This document shows, in pieces, positions 28,566-39,264 of a DNA stretch of 64,000 nt (position 1 is the stretch's first letter; the number at the start of each line of letters is the position of its first letter). Origin of the DNA: Candidatus Omnitrophota bacterium (GTDB lineage Bacteria; Omnitrophota; Gorgyraeia; Duberdicusellales; 4484-171); assembly GCA_016935525.1 (NCBI GenBank), contig JAFGQU010000002.1, positions 34,560 through 98,559 of the forward strand, written 5' to 3'. The position numbers were made by a program, and so were the translations under genes. The notes under the pieces are model-generated. The model was not told where the DNA came from. It saw only the letters and a program-made list of their open reading frames with translations, and made no database searches.

Positions 28566-30033
28566 AAAAAGTTTTTGGTAGATAATAGAAATATTTTCTA
28601 TAGTATCTTCTGCGGGGAATATCCAGACGCTCCCGGGAAAACATCATATAAGGATATTCAATACATGCCGGATTTATCATCGGCAAGAAACGATATAATC
28701 TATGACGCACACACCAACGGAATATTCTCAGGGATAAAAAATGGTATAACACGAACAATAAATGGAACCTCTTTTTTTCTTTTGCCAGTCCCGGATCAAC
28801 CAAGGTGTTCGCATTTTCACAAGGGCACTCCTCCAGTTCTCTTATCTTTTGAGCATTAAGGACATCCTGTTTTTCGGCAATATCGACAATCGAAGTACCA
28901 GGATAATATTTCAACCAAAAGATACATATCCGATCGGGCCGATGTTGCCCGTAAAATTCTGCCATTTCAATCAAATCGCCGGTTGTTTCTCCGGGATATC
29001 CAATAATATTATCAACCACTATCCGCAACCGATAACTACGACATACCTCAATCGCTTTTATAATCTGTTCATTAGTGGTCATCCGCTGGAAAATACGTTG
29101 ACGGACATCAGGATTTACGCTCTGAACCCCCATACATAACTGATAGCATCCCCCTTGTTTCAAAAGCGAAATGGTCTCTTCGTCAATCGTGGAAGGAGAG
29201 CCAAAACAGTAAAAAGGTACGTTTATTTCTTTACGATAGCAAGCCACAAACTCTCTTAACCACGGGGTGTGGTAAGTAAACAGATCATCATTGATCCTTA
29301 ATAATTTAAAACGATATTTCTGTTTAGCGGCCCTTAATTCTTCCATTACGTTATCGACACTGCGTAATCTTATCCGCTTTGGCTCTTTACTGTACACCCG
29401 GTCCAGCACGGAATGGTGACAATAAGAACAACGGTTAAGACAACCCCGGCGAGTAATCAGAGTATAACCATGGTGGTAACCGGGGATTTCACGATAATAC
29501 AACTCTTTGTCCGGAAAAGGAAGGCTATCAAGATCAGCTATGAGTGGACGCACCGGATTAGAAATAATTTGTTTCTCTTTTTTCAACCATACATTGGGTA
29601 TTGAGTAATCAATCTTCCCTGATGCTAAAGATTGAACTAATTCTAGAAATGCGTACTCCCCTTCTCCGACGATAACTGAATCCACACATTCCTGTAAAAT
29701 GACTTTGTCCGGGACAGAAGAAGGATGAATCCCCCCCATGGTGATATGGACCGGTAAAGAAGCCTTTATTTTCTTTGCCAGATCGAGGGCCCAAAGATAA
29801 TTGGCACTCACGACGGAAAAAGCTATCAGTTGAGGTTGAAAATCTTCGATCTGTTTCAATAGTATCCGTTCGGAATTGAACAATCCGCTCAAGAAACCGC
29901 ATTTAAAAAAAGGATCCCGAAAAAGCTGAGGATCGAAGGCAAGACGGGTTTCTACCCCACAATCGAGTAGCATCGCAGAAAGGTATTCAATACCTATATT
30001 TTCAAATCCCGGATATACGAACATTACTTTCAT
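28531..30033 (-). CDS. B12-binding domain radical SAM protein (class B)
   Basis: MKVMFVYPGFENIGIEYLSAML B12-domain start; TRRGCLNRCSYCHHS CX3CX2C. Confidence 0.8.
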   Translation of the reverse strand: MKVMFVYPGFENIGIEYLSAMLLDCGVETRLAFDPQLFRDPFFKCGFLSGLFNSERILLKQIEDFQPQLIAFSVVSANYLWALDLAKKIKASLPVHITMGGIHPSSVPDKVILQECVDSVIVGEGEYAFLELVQSLASGKIDYSIPNVWLKKEKQIISNPVRPLIADLDSLPFPDKELYYREIPGYHHGYTLITRRGCLNRCSYCHHSVLDRVYSKEPKRIRLRSVDNVMEELRAAKQKYRFKLLRINDDLFTYHTPWLREFVACYRKEINVPFYCFGSPSTIDEETISLLKQGGCYQLCMGVQSVNPDVRQRIFQRMTTNEQIIKAIEVCRSYRLRIVVDNIIGYPGETTGDLIEMAEFYGQHRPDRICIFWLKYYPGTSIVDIAEKQDVLNAQKIRELEECPCENANTLVDPGLAKEKKRFHLLFVLYHFLSLRIFRWCVRHRLYRFLPMINPACIEYPYMMFSRERLDIPRRRYYRKYFYYLPKTFYANIKKRFTIR

Positions 30034-30046
30034 CGCTCTTTTTAGC

Positions 30047-31045
30047 TTATAGATATTGCGCTGCGTCGAAAATCGCGCTTAGTTTTCCTGAATAGATAAG
30101 ATTTAACTCTAACGTGGAGGTACACGCACAATAATCACACCCGGCAATCGGCATACTTTCTATGATCTCTTTTAAAGATTTGGATGACTGAAAATACTCC
30201 ACGGGTAAATTCGTTTTCTTTGACATCATCCCCGAACAACAATAGAAACTGCCCACCGGGTCGATACGGAAAAACATTCTACCGGCACAACAAGCCATCG
30301 GTCTATAATGAGGATAGTCACTTAAATACCCGAGACCTGCCTGAGAATTCACTATAGTCCGCCCATACCCTTTCTTTTTCATCTGGATAAGCTGAGAGAT
30401 CGTATCCTTGAAATTCTCCGGCGAAGGAATATATTCTTTTATATCCTTATCTCCGCTGAGCAACATATTTACCGGCTGGAATTTCACTGTAATCCCTAAA
30501 CTATAGGCAAGTTCTACCAGATACCCCGCATACTCTAGATTTTTTCTGGTCAAAGTCGTATTCAAAGAAACACGAATACCATATTTTCGGGCTACCTTTA
30601 CCGCTCCGATAACCTCATCATAATGCCCTTCTCTATTGCGCAGTATGTCATTGATCGAAGCCGGCCCATCGAGACTTATTTTTACAAGGTCTACTTTCTT
30701 CAGCCAATCTAATCTTTCCGCGAATAATATGCCGTTAGTAAGAATCCCCAATGTGATATTTTTATTTTTACAATGCTCAATAATCACACCTAAATCTTCA
30801 CGTAAGAGCGGTTCTCCGCCGCCGAAATGGATATGCCTTAGGCCTAAAGCTGCCAGATCGTCAATAATATAAAGGATATCTTCAGTCGATAACTGCGCGG
30901 ACCAATGATGCATCACATCGCAATAGAGACAAGAACAATTACATTGATGGGTGATATCCCACCCTATGAATAAAGGGACTCTTTTTTTCAACAATTTTAC
31001 CCGCAGCAGGTTTTGTACATAAGGAAATATTTTTTTTATTCTCAT
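30047..31045 (-). CDS. radical SAM protein with C-terminal Cys-rich SPASM/twitch-like domain
   Basis: WDITHQCNCSCLYCDV (CX3CX2C), FGGGEPLLRED; C-terminal CCAGRMF...YCCSG...AGCDYCACTS. Start reset to MRIKKIFP at 31045 forming an ATGA stop/start overlap with the upstream gene. Confidence 0.8.
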   Translation of the reverse strand: MRIKKIFPYVQNLLRVKLLKKRVPLFIGWDITHQCNCSCLYCDVMHHWSAQLSTEDILYIIDDLAALGLRHIHFGGGEPLLREDLGVIIEHCKNKNITLGILTNGILFAERLDWLKKVDLVKISLDGPASINDILRNREGHYDEVIGAVKVARKYGIRVSLNTTLTRKNLEYAGYLVELAYSLGITVKFQPVNMLLSGDKDIKEYIPSPENFKDTISQLIQMKKKGYGRTIVNSQAGLGYLSDYPHYRPMACCAGRMFFRIDPVGSFYCCSGMMSKKTNLPVEYFQSSKSLKEIIESMPIAGCDYCACTSTLELNLIYSGKLSAIFDAAQYL

Positions 31046-32037
31046 ACTACTTTCCTTAATACCATCCTCCCGGTATTCCAAATCGCTTCCGGATGCAATC
31101 CGTATAAGAGGCTCATTTCCACCCGCTGCGCACACCAGCAGGAAGAACAATGGCCAGCAACAAGTCGTTGAAATGCTTCAGCCACCCCATTATCGACAAT
31201 ATTTATCCTGGTTTTCTGGTTCCGGTTGCACACACATACATCTCCCGAACTCTGCACGCGACAGGAAAAATAGTCCGCCCTACAGCGCAAGGGATAAGGT
31301 CCCGGCCAATGGGCAAAATGGCGTAAACATGCCGATGAATTGGTAATATATATATTTTTTTTCTTAAGAATAAGCAATTTTTTTATCGCCGCGCTATATT
31401 CTTCAAAAGAAGGAAGTAAAGGATTGTCTTGATGAGCACAATACAGTAAAGATGTAGTAAGCGGCTGAAAGGTTATTGTTGCTTGATACGACTGTGCTGT
31501 CGTTAACAAAAAATCGATTTGATCCAAGTTTAAGCGGGTCAAGGTCGCCGCGAAATTCAAAGGGATATTATGCCGCCGGGCACATTCAGCGGCTTCTAAA
31601 ACCTTATCGTAAGACCCTTCCTGCCGGATCGTATCATGAACCGACCGATTTCCCTCTATACTAAGACTTAACAGATCTACTTTTTGCAAAGAATCGATCT
31701 TTTTTTTCACATCCCATCCGTTCGAACTCACCGAAACATATATGCCTTTCTTTTTACAGTACGCGATGATCTTTCCAAGATCATCGCGCAGGAGCGGTTC
31801 GCCGCCGGTAAAAGAAATAAACCGGGTCCCTAATTGAAAGAAATCTACGATTTTTTCGATAACAACATCGGTAGATAACTCTTTCTGAGGGGTTTCCCAG
31901 ACTCCACAATATACACAACGCAGATTACAACGGGAGGTCAGGGCCCAACTTACCAAAAGGGGGATCTTTTTCCCGCAAAACTTGACTTTACTCAAAGTGA
32001 TCAGCAATTTCAATATGTCATTGTATTTCATTTTCAC
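31042..32037 (-). CDS. radical SAM/SPASM-like protein
   Basis: LTSRCNLRCVYCGVW, FTGGEPLLRDD; C-terminal CRADYFSCRV...CVCN...GHCSSCWCAQ. Confidence 0.8.
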   Translation of the reverse strand: MKMKYNDILKLLITLSKVKFCGKKIPLLVSWALTSRCNLRCVYCGVWETPQKELSTDVVIEKIVDFFQLGTRFISFTGGEPLLRDDLGKIIAYCKKKGIYVSVSSNGWDVKKKIDSLQKVDLLSLSIEGNRSVHDTIRQEGSYDKVLEAAECARRHNIPLNFAATLTRLNLDQIDFLLTTAQSYQATITFQPLTTSLLYCAHQDNPLLPSFEEYSAAIKKLLILKKKNIYITNSSACLRHFAHWPGPYPLRCRADYFSCRVQSSGDVCVCNRNQKTRINIVDNGVAEAFQRLVAGHCSSCWCAQRVEMSLLYGLHPEAIWNTGRMVLRKVV

Positions 32038-32113
32038 TATAATTCACCATTGACCGGATGTGGTATATATTATTCCGAAAATCAAACCGGGATCTGCATA
32101 TTGGATCTTTGAA

Positions 32114-34006
32114 TTAGATCTTTATGTTATACCTCTCCGCCCAAAGATAAAAACAAAGTAACCCGAAAATCTTCCAACTATGGTCTTCCTGCCGGAGACG
32201 ATGCTGACGCAACAAAATTTCAATGTACTTACGCTGAAATACCTGCCCGGTTAATTTAGATGAAAAGAAAACTTCTTCTGCTGTCTTGCCCCAATCATTA
32301 CGGATCCATAAAGATAACGGGGTAGTAAACCCCCGCTTAGGCCTGTGGATAATCTTATGAGGTATTTTCCCCGCCATTATTCTCTTAAAAATATATTTCG
32401 TAGTAAACCGATGCAATTTCATCTCTAAGGGCAGATGTGCGCAAAAGGCGACAAGCCGATGGTCCAAAAAAGGCACACGACTCATTAATGAGAACGCCGA
32501 AGTCATGCTGTCTAACCGTTTGAGCATTGAAAGCAGCAGGATTTTTTGATCGGCATAAAGGACTTTCTCGAGGATAGAGGCATCTTCTCTTTTCCTATAA
32601 TAAAAGTCATAGAGAGAAAAAGGATCATAATTTCCCATTCTCTCGGTTATCGCGGGACAGCATAACTGTTCTCTTTCAAAACCAGAAAACACTTCCCGCC
32701 AGAAAAAATGGGCGCGACCTAAAGGATACTGCGTTCCTTGTAAGAATCTCTTTAATTTAAACCTCATTCCCCAAGGATTATCCCCAAGAAGACACCGAAT
32801 ATCCAAAATCTTATGTACATATTGTAAGCCGGCTGGGGATAAAAAACGGCTCAACATGCACAGCAATTTATCCGCTACATAGGTATCATATCCGGCAAGA
32901 ATCTCATCAGCGCCGGTTCCGACAAAAAGGATCTTAACCGATTGGCTTGCGAATTGGGATATAAAATAGGTGGGGATAATACTGGGGTCTGCGATCAGAT
33001 CGCTATTATGTTTCATGAGCGTTTGAAGCGTATGGATATCTACATCTGCCGAAGAGATAACGATTTCATGGTGATCGGTTTTTAATTGACGGGAAAACCA
33101 TTGAGCATACCTTCGGTTATCATCAAATTTTTTCTCTCTAAAGCCTAAAGAAAAGGTGGAAAGCGGCCTTGAATCTTGATCAAGGAAATAGCTTATCGCC
33201 GAAGAATCGATCCCTCCGCTTAATAAAACCCCCTGTTGGGGCACTCCAATAGTCCTTTTATGGACAGCATCTTCTAAAAGGCATTCAAATCGTTCTTCGT
33301 ACTGTTTCTTTTGGGTGTACTCTTTTTTTTCGTTTTCCAGAATATCCCAGTATTGCACTTTACGCATCTCTTCTGGAGAAAACGACACATATGTCCCCGG
33401 TTCAAGCTGATGGATACCTTTAAATAACGTCAACGGGCCCGGCACATAATTAAGAGAAAGATATTGGGCGAATGCCGTATAATCTAACTCTCGCGGTATC
33501 TGTTGGTTGCATAACAATGCGCTGATTTCTGAAGCGAAAAAGAGTGATTGATGACGACGATAATAATAAAGAGGTTTCACTCCCAAATGGTCACGCGCCA
33601 TGTATAACACATTTTTAAATTTATCGAAAAGGCAAAAAGAAAATATACCGTTAAAACGGCCCACACATCCTTCCCCCCATTCTTTATAACTGTTTAATAT
33701 CACCTCTGTATCTGAATCCGATTCGAATGCATATCCTTTACGTTGTAATATTTCTCTGATTTCTCGATAATTATATAGTTCTCCGTTATATACCAGGATG
33801 GTCTTTTCGGCCCGATCACACATTGGCTGTTGGCCTCCGGAAGAACCGATAGTAACCAGCCGAGAATGTACGGCAGCGAACGAATTGGTAGAGAAAATAC
33901 CAATTTCATCTGTCCCCCGATGGGCTATGGCCTGAGACATTTCTCGCACCTGAAATGTTGTGGCTGGAGATCGCTCAAAATCGATATACCCGGCAAATCC
34001 ACACAT
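32114..34006 (-). CDS. asnB: asparagine synthetase B-like glutamine amidotransferase
   Basis: Ntn start MCGFAGYIDFE, PP-loop LLSGGIDSSAISYFL, 630 aa. Confidence 0.8.
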   Translation of the reverse strand: MCGFAGYIDFERSPATTFQVREMSQAIAHRGTDEIGIFSTNSFAAVHSRLVTIGSSGGQQPMCDRAEKTILVYNGELYNYREIREILQRKGYAFESDSDTEVILNSYKEWGEGCVGRFNGIFSFCLFDKFKNVLYMARDHLGVKPLYYYRRHQSLFFASEISALLCNQQIPRELDYTAFAQYLSLNYVPGPLTLFKGIHQLEPGTYVSFSPEEMRKVQYWDILENEKKEYTQKKQYEERFECLLEDAVHKRTIGVPQQGVLLSGGIDSSAISYFLDQDSRPLSTFSLGFREKKFDDNRRYAQWFSRQLKTDHHEIVISSADVDIHTLQTLMKHNSDLIADPSIIPTYFISQFASQSVKILFVGTGADEILAGYDTYVADKLLCMLSRFLSPAGLQYVHKILDIRCLLGDNPWGMRFKLKRFLQGTQYPLGRAHFFWREVFSGFEREQLCCPAITERMGNYDPFSLYDFYYRKREDASILEKVLYADQKILLLSMLKRLDSMTSAFSLMSRVPFLDHRLVAFCAHLPLEMKLHRFTTKYIFKRIMAGKIPHKIIHRPKRGFTTPLSLWIRNDWGKTAEEVFFSSKLTGQVFQRKYIEILLRQHRLRQEDHSWKIFGLLCFYLWAERYNIKI

Positions 34007-34277
34007 AATTATTTTTTAATGTGCATATGAGAAATCACTGAGGAAGGGCTTTCCCGGTAAAAAAAGGCAATATAACGGCATTCAAGAAAAAAACCTTGAC
34101 GGTTAATAAAAAAATCCACACATCCTCCCGTTTCAACAAAAACCATATGCCATCATAGTATCAATGAGATGAAATTGGAATGTGCCTATTGATTGATTTA
34201 AACCGGTATGAGCAGAAACCAACAAAATTCGTGAGGTACTATTTTCCTTATATCATCCGGTATATGTTCCTAAAAGA

Positions 34278-36005
34278 TTAATTGTCGTTGGGATTATTAT
34301 GGATTTTCTTCTCTTTAATTTCTCTCAAGAGGTCGGCGTAACCTTTATCAATTCCCTCTAATGTGTTAATAACGCCTGGCAAGCGATTCAGATATTCATC
34401 AGAAGTGCTGTGAGCGTATATGATTCCCAATAAAAAATACCCATCAGGGTGAGTGGGGGCGATCTTAATCGCTTCTTGATAGGATTTTACCGCAGGTTCG
34501 GTCTCTCCCACACGCGCATATATATTCCCTAATCCGATATGCCCAGCGATGTTTGAATGGTCTAACGCGACCGCTTTCTGGAAATACTCTTTGGCTTTCG
34601 TAAAATCTTCCCGGCCGAAATAGAATTCACCGATCCGGGTGTACACGCCGGCATCTTCATATCCTAATGACGCTGCTTTTTCAAAATGTTCAAGGGCAGA
34701 TTCTAACTGGCCTTCGGTCAAATAGACATGGCCCAAATTCATATGGGTAGCCGCATTCTCTTGATCGAACTGAATGCTTTTTTGATAGTATTTTTTTGCT
34801 TCGGGAAGGTCGTTTTTCTGCTGATACAGATCGCCCAGACTCCGATAGAGTCCCGCGTTATTTTGATCCTGCGTGAGCCCCTGACGATAATATTCTTCGC
34901 ATTTCTCGATATTTCCGGTCCGCTTATAAAGATTCCCTAAAATACTATACAGATTAGGATCTTTGGGATTGAGCGGTAACGCTTTTTCAAAATATCCAAT
35001 AGCCTTCTCCCATGCTTCTTTTTGGACATAGATATCCCCCAGCTCAAAATAAGCGGTATAATTATCCCCGGCTACGTCGAGCGCCCTCTGGAAAGAAGCT
35101 ATAGCCTCTTGGAAATTGCCTTTGCGCTTGTAGAGCTCCCCCAAACGGGTAGGGATGTCCTCCCGGGATACATTCAACTCCTGCGCTTTTTTAAAATATT
35201 GTATTGCTGTTTCTGTATTGTGTAACTTATCGTATATGTCTCCCAGAACGAAAAGGATCTCCTCACTATCTCCCTGAATCTTATAAGCTTTATGAAAAAA
35301 ATCGGCGGCTTTTTCAAATTCACCGCTCTGTTTATATAAATTGCCGATATGAAAATAAATATCCGCATTCTCCCGGTCAAGTGAAAGTAAATGTTCATAA
35401 TAGACAATTGCATTTTTGATATCACCTTTTTGCAGATAAAAATCTCCTAAAATATAATAGGTACGCGGATAGGTTGGGTCTATTTGAAGAGATTTTTCGT
35501 AAAAGTATATCGCCCGGTCAAGATCGTTCCGATCCCGGTACTCATCTCCTACTTCCTGGAACAGATTTCTTACTTCATCATATCTACCGGAATCATGAGG
35601 ATCATCTAATAAACTGATCCCTTGAGAGTAGTACTCGAGAGCTTTCTCTTTTTCCTTAAGCTCATAATACATATCGGCAATATGTATGTAAAGATGCGGG
35701 TTATTCTGTTCGAGTTGCAGTATCTTTCGCCCGTAATCAAGAGCTTTGCGATATTCCTTTTGAGCCCGGTATGCTTCCATCAAAGAATAATACGCCGGAA
35801 TATAATCATCCTCTAGCTTAAGCGCCTCATTATAATATTTTATCGCTCCCGGAAAATCGCCCTGCTTAAACGCGGCTTCTCCCAACACGACCAGCTCTCG
35901 ATGTGTGTTCTGAACAACCACATACGGTTTTTTCTCCGGCTCGCACCCCGCGATAATAATGAATAACACAAAGGCTAACGTTATTCTCGTTACAAACGGG
36001 ACCAT
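34278..36005 (-). CDS. TPR-repeat lipoprotein
   Basis: Signal peptide plus lipobox LFIIIAGC; about 15 tandem 34-aa TPR units (AxxYYxxAL...P pattern throughout). Confidence 0.7.
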   Translation of the reverse strand: MVPFVTRITLAFVLFIIIAGCEPEKKPYVVVQNTHRELVVLGEAAFKQGDFPGAIKYYNEALKLEDDYIPAYYSLMEAYRAQKEYRKALDYGRKILQLEQNNPHLYIHIADMYYELKEKEKALEYYSQGISLLDDPHDSGRYDEVRNLFQEVGDEYRDRNDLDRAIYFYEKSLQIDPTYPRTYYILGDFYLQKGDIKNAIVYYEHLLSLDRENADIYFHIGNLYKQSGEFEKAADFFHKAYKIQGDSEEILFVLGDIYDKLHNTETAIQYFKKAQELNVSREDIPTRLGELYKRKGNFQEAIASFQRALDVAGDNYTAYFELGDIYVQKEAWEKAIGYFEKALPLNPKDPNLYSILGNLYKRTGNIEKCEEYYRQGLTQDQNNAGLYRSLGDLYQQKNDLPEAKKYYQKSIQFDQENAATHMNLGHVYLTEGQLESALEHFEKAASLGYEDAGVYTRIGEFYFGREDFTKAKEYFQKAVALDHSNIAGHIGLGNIYARVGETEPAVKSYQEAIKIAPTHPDGYFLLGIIYAHSTSDEYLNRLPGVINTLEGIDKGYADLLREIKEKKIHNNPNDN

Positions 36006-36069
36006 TGATCTCTTCTTTTTTGGCCTATAGTTTTATCTTCTTTTCTATGTTCGGTCATTGCGCTCATTT

Positions 36070-37419
36070 TTATCGGCTGCTATTTTTCTGAAGGATACGT
36101 ACCTGACCCAAATACCTCTCTAAATCGGCCGGCGACAATTCACCGGTGCCGGCCACAGCCCTGATATTCCCATTATACTGCGACCAATCCCTTGTCTTCA
36201 ACAGATTGTTTTGTTTAAGATCATTATAAAGCTCGGTCCCCGGAAAAGGAGTAGCTAAGGAAAATTGAACTGAATCCGGATCAACCTGCCTGAGAAAACA
36301 GAGAGATTCCTGTATGGTATGGGGGGTTTCCCCGGGGAGCCCCAGACAAAATGTAAGATGCACCCGAATACCTATTTTTTTTGTTTCTTTTACGATCTTC
36401 CGGCATCGTTCTATATCCATATTTTTCTTACAGCGCCTTAATATCTCAATATTGGCAGATTCAATGCCGTATTTTATTGCATACATCCCCGCCTCCCGCA
36501 TCTCACGTAGGAGCTCCTGATCCATAAGATCGGCCCGGGCCATCGCGGCCCAGGGAATATGTATCCCGCGTTTCTTTATCTCGTTACAAATTTCCACTAC
36601 ATACGGCTTATTCACGTTAAACGTGTCGTCATCAAAATATACCGCCTTAAAATCATAGGTTCGGATAAGCCACTCCAACTCATCGATAACCAATCGCGGA
36701 TCCCTGCGGCGATGGACATGTTCCTGATACATGACCTGGGGCCAAAGACAAAAAGTACAGCGAAACGGGCACCCGCGGCTCGCAAGCATTTGCACGTGAG
36801 GTTCGGGCAGCCCGCAAAAACCATCATTATAATTATAAAGAGGGACATCTTCTCTTTCCGGCCAGGGTAATCTATCCAGATCTTTTAAAGTCGGCCCCGG
36901 CCGGTTGATCCGTATTTCTCGGCCCTGGCGATACGCGACCCCTTCGGTATATTGAATATCTCTTTTTTGTTCTAACGCGTCGGCTAACCCGGCAGCCGCA
37001 AGTTCGTACTCCCCCATAAGAACATAATCAATAACCGGGTGGGTCGTGAGAATATCCCGGGCATATACCGTAGCGTGCGGGCCGACACACACACAAATCG
37101 TGTCAAGGCGCTCTTTAATCCTTAACGCAATACCGATATCATGTTCAAAACTGGGAGTCGACGTCTCGGCAATAATCATCTGAGGCTTATACCTCACAAC
37201 CCTTTCCAGAAAAGACTCCTCATCAAGGCTTTCGGCGATCGCATCGATCATTTTTACCTGATATCCGTTCCGTTTCAAATAAGAAGCCGTATAAGCGAGA
37301 AAAAAAGGAAAAGGGAGGTATGTTGCCGGGCCTTGCGCGGTGAACGGCCAGCGGGATCCCGCTCTTACTCCGCATTGACCCTCAACACACCAGGGGAAAT
37401 TTGCTATAAGGATCCTCAT
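36070..37419 (-). CDS. B12-binding domain radical SAM protein (class B)
   Basis: MRILIANFPW... B12-like N-terminus; ASRGCPFRCTFCLWP CX3CX2C. Confidence 0.8.
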   Translation of the reverse strand: MRILIANFPWCVEGQCGVRAGSRWPFTAQGPATYLPFPFFLAYTASYLKRNGYQVKMIDAIAESLDEESFLERVVRYKPQMIIAETSTPSFEHDIGIALRIKERLDTICVCVGPHATVYARDILTTHPVIDYVLMGEYELAAAGLADALEQKRDIQYTEGVAYRQGREIRINRPGPTLKDLDRLPWPEREDVPLYNYNDGFCGLPEPHVQMLASRGCPFRCTFCLWPQVMYQEHVHRRRDPRLVIDELEWLIRTYDFKAVYFDDDTFNVNKPYVVEICNEIKKRGIHIPWAAMARADLMDQELLREMREAGMYAIKYGIESANIEILRRCKKNMDIERCRKIVKETKKIGIRVHLTFCLGLPGETPHTIQESLCFLRQVDPDSVQFSLATPFPGTELYNDLKQNNLLKTRDWSQYNGNIRAVAGTGELSPADLERYLGQVRILQKNSSR

Positions 37420-37889
37420 CTTTTCAGATCAAGTTCTTTCTCGATATTTTCCAAAAACTTCGTAAGTTCATAAAAATTCTGATTCATATCTTTTACGTCG
37501 CAGGCCAATCTTTCAATAATCTGCTGTTTCTCCTGTGATGTGCATTCTATTGTATTCAAATGTCGATGTATCCGCTGAACGTATTCCTCGTAAGGATCAA
37601 ATTTACGGCTTACATCTTCAACCGCATCACGGATTCTTTCCAGAACGAGCTGATTTCTACGGATATCCTCTAAGATCGATAGGTTGTTATTCACCAAAAA
37701 GAAAAGAAATTCTCCTATATTTACGAATAATTTTAAGACCAACGCGCTTATAACACTGCCTCCGATACAAAGTACTGGAATCCACCACGATCTATAAAAA
37801 TACCAGTAACTCATAGAACCTACTATTCCAATACCTAATAATATCCACGCACAGACAGTAACCGCTCTTCCCGTAGGGGTTTTTTTCAT
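37416..37889 (-). CDS. small membrane protein with cytoplasmic coiled-coil tail
   Basis: Two N-terminal TM helices, then a charged helical region (EDIRRNQLVLERIRDAVEDVSRKF...). Confidence 0.4.
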   Translation of the reverse strand: MKKTPTGRAVTVCAWILLGIGIVGSMSYWYFYRSWWIPVLCIGGSVISALVLKLFVNIGEFLFFLVNNNLSILEDIRRNQLVLERIRDAVEDVSRKFDPYEEYVQRIHRHLNTIECTSQEKQQIIERLACDVKDMNQNFYELTKFLENIEKELDLKR

Positions 37890-37890
37890 A

Positions 37891-39216
37891 TCATACCTCC
37901 TTTTTGGTCTTCACGACTTGGTTCTGAGATGCTTTTATCAGATTAACCATTTCCGGCAGATAGCTTTCGAGTCGGGACAACCAATCCTGCCAAGAAATGA
38001 ACATACTCCCAAAAAGACCCTTTTCAATCCGGTCATGGTCTTTTTTAAAAAAATCACTCCATTCTTTTTGAAGCACATAGAGCGATAACAATTTATCTTC
38101 AATAAGCAGGATGTCTCCTCCTTTACCGGTAAAAATGCTTTCGGTGATATGGGCTATCAGTACTTTCAAAAAATCGGAATCCGAGAATGTATCTTTCAGT
38201 ACATCCCCGATAAGCAGTAAAAATACAAACACATTTTGAAGCACCCGGCGCCGGGGCACCACAAGGGTCCTGAGCGACTTTCTTGTATCATCAAAATGAT
38301 AAAAGAAAGTAAGATCTAACAAAATCAGGTATAGCACCGGCAAAGAAAGGGTATGATCGATACGTAAAAAGACCTGTTTATCATATCGTATAAAAAGGTA
38401 ATCTTTGAGAGAAAGGATAAAAGGAAGAATCAAGTCGATATAAAGCAGATCTATTCTTTTGTTACGAAAATCTTCTTGTAGGAACCGGGCTCCCAGGCCA
38501 AGGTTTTCCTCCATCTTCACCGAAGGGTCTTTCTCATAGAAACCCTGTTCTTTATGAAAATCGTAATTCCAGCTCCAGAAAGAATGAAAGAGAGAAGATA
38601 TGGTATCTTTTTTTAAATGAAAAACACGGGCCGCCGGCTCGTACATCAATAGATGGTCTTTCTGTTTTAATCTCCGGGATATATCTACATCTTCATAATT
38701 ATTGCGGTAGCGCTCGTCATAGAAACCTACCGAATATAATGCTTTTTTTCTAAACACATTGTTGGAACCGAACAGAAACGGGACCGAATCATCTTTTTGT
38801 TCTCCCCACTCCTGTTTCATATGGACTGCCCGCCACCGGTCCACGGGATCATGAGCATACGATTCCAGCAACCGTCCGCCGACACCGGCTATTTTCTCAG
38901 AAGAAAAATTCTCCATGAGCCGGCTCAGCCAATCACGCTCCGGTATGCAGTCGGCATCTAACGACGCGATATATTCTCCCCGAAGATTCTGTAAAGCGGT
39001 ATTGCGGGAGGCAACCAGGCCTTTATTAGAAGGATGTTGAATAAGGGTCACCGGGAATTTTCTCACGATATCGGCAGTGCGGTCGGTAGAACCGTCATCA
39101 ACCACTACTATTTCCTCTATGGGATGGTCCTGGACCATGATTGCCTGGAGGCAGCCGGCAATATATTCTTCAGCATTGAAACAGGGAATATACACGGATA
39201 CTTTCATATGAGCCAT
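37891..39216 (-). CDS. family 2 glycosyltransferase with ~200-aa hydrophobic C-terminal extension
   Basis: VSVYIPCFNAEEYIAGCLQAIMVQDHPIEEIVVVDDGSTDRT GT2 N-terminus and a DAD (DxD) motif in SLDADCIPE. The C-terminal third has several hydrophobic helices. Confidence 0.7.
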   Translation of the reverse strand: MAHMKVSVYIPCFNAEEYIAGCLQAIMVQDHPIEEIVVVDDGSTDRTADIVRKFPVTLIQHPSNKGLVASRNTALQNLRGEYIASLDADCIPERDWLSRLMENFSSEKIAGVGGRLLESYAHDPVDRWRAVHMKQEWGEQKDDSVPFLFGSNNVFRKKALYSVGFYDERYRNNYEDVDISRRLKQKDHLLMYEPAARVFHLKKDTISSLFHSFWSWNYDFHKEQGFYEKDPSVKMEENLGLGARFLQEDFRNKRIDLLYIDLILPFILSLKDYLFIRYDKQVFLRIDHTLSLPVLYLILLDLTFFYHFDDTRKSLRTLVVPRRRVLQNVFVFLLLIGDVLKDTFSDSDFLKVLIAHITESIFTGKGGDILLIEDKLLSLYVLQKEWSDFFKKDHDRIEKGLFGSMFISWQDWLSRLESYLPEMVNLIKASQNQVVKTKKEV

Positions 39217-39264
39217 GCCCGTCCTATATCATTTCGGTCAAAAACAAAAAGAGAATACAGCGAT

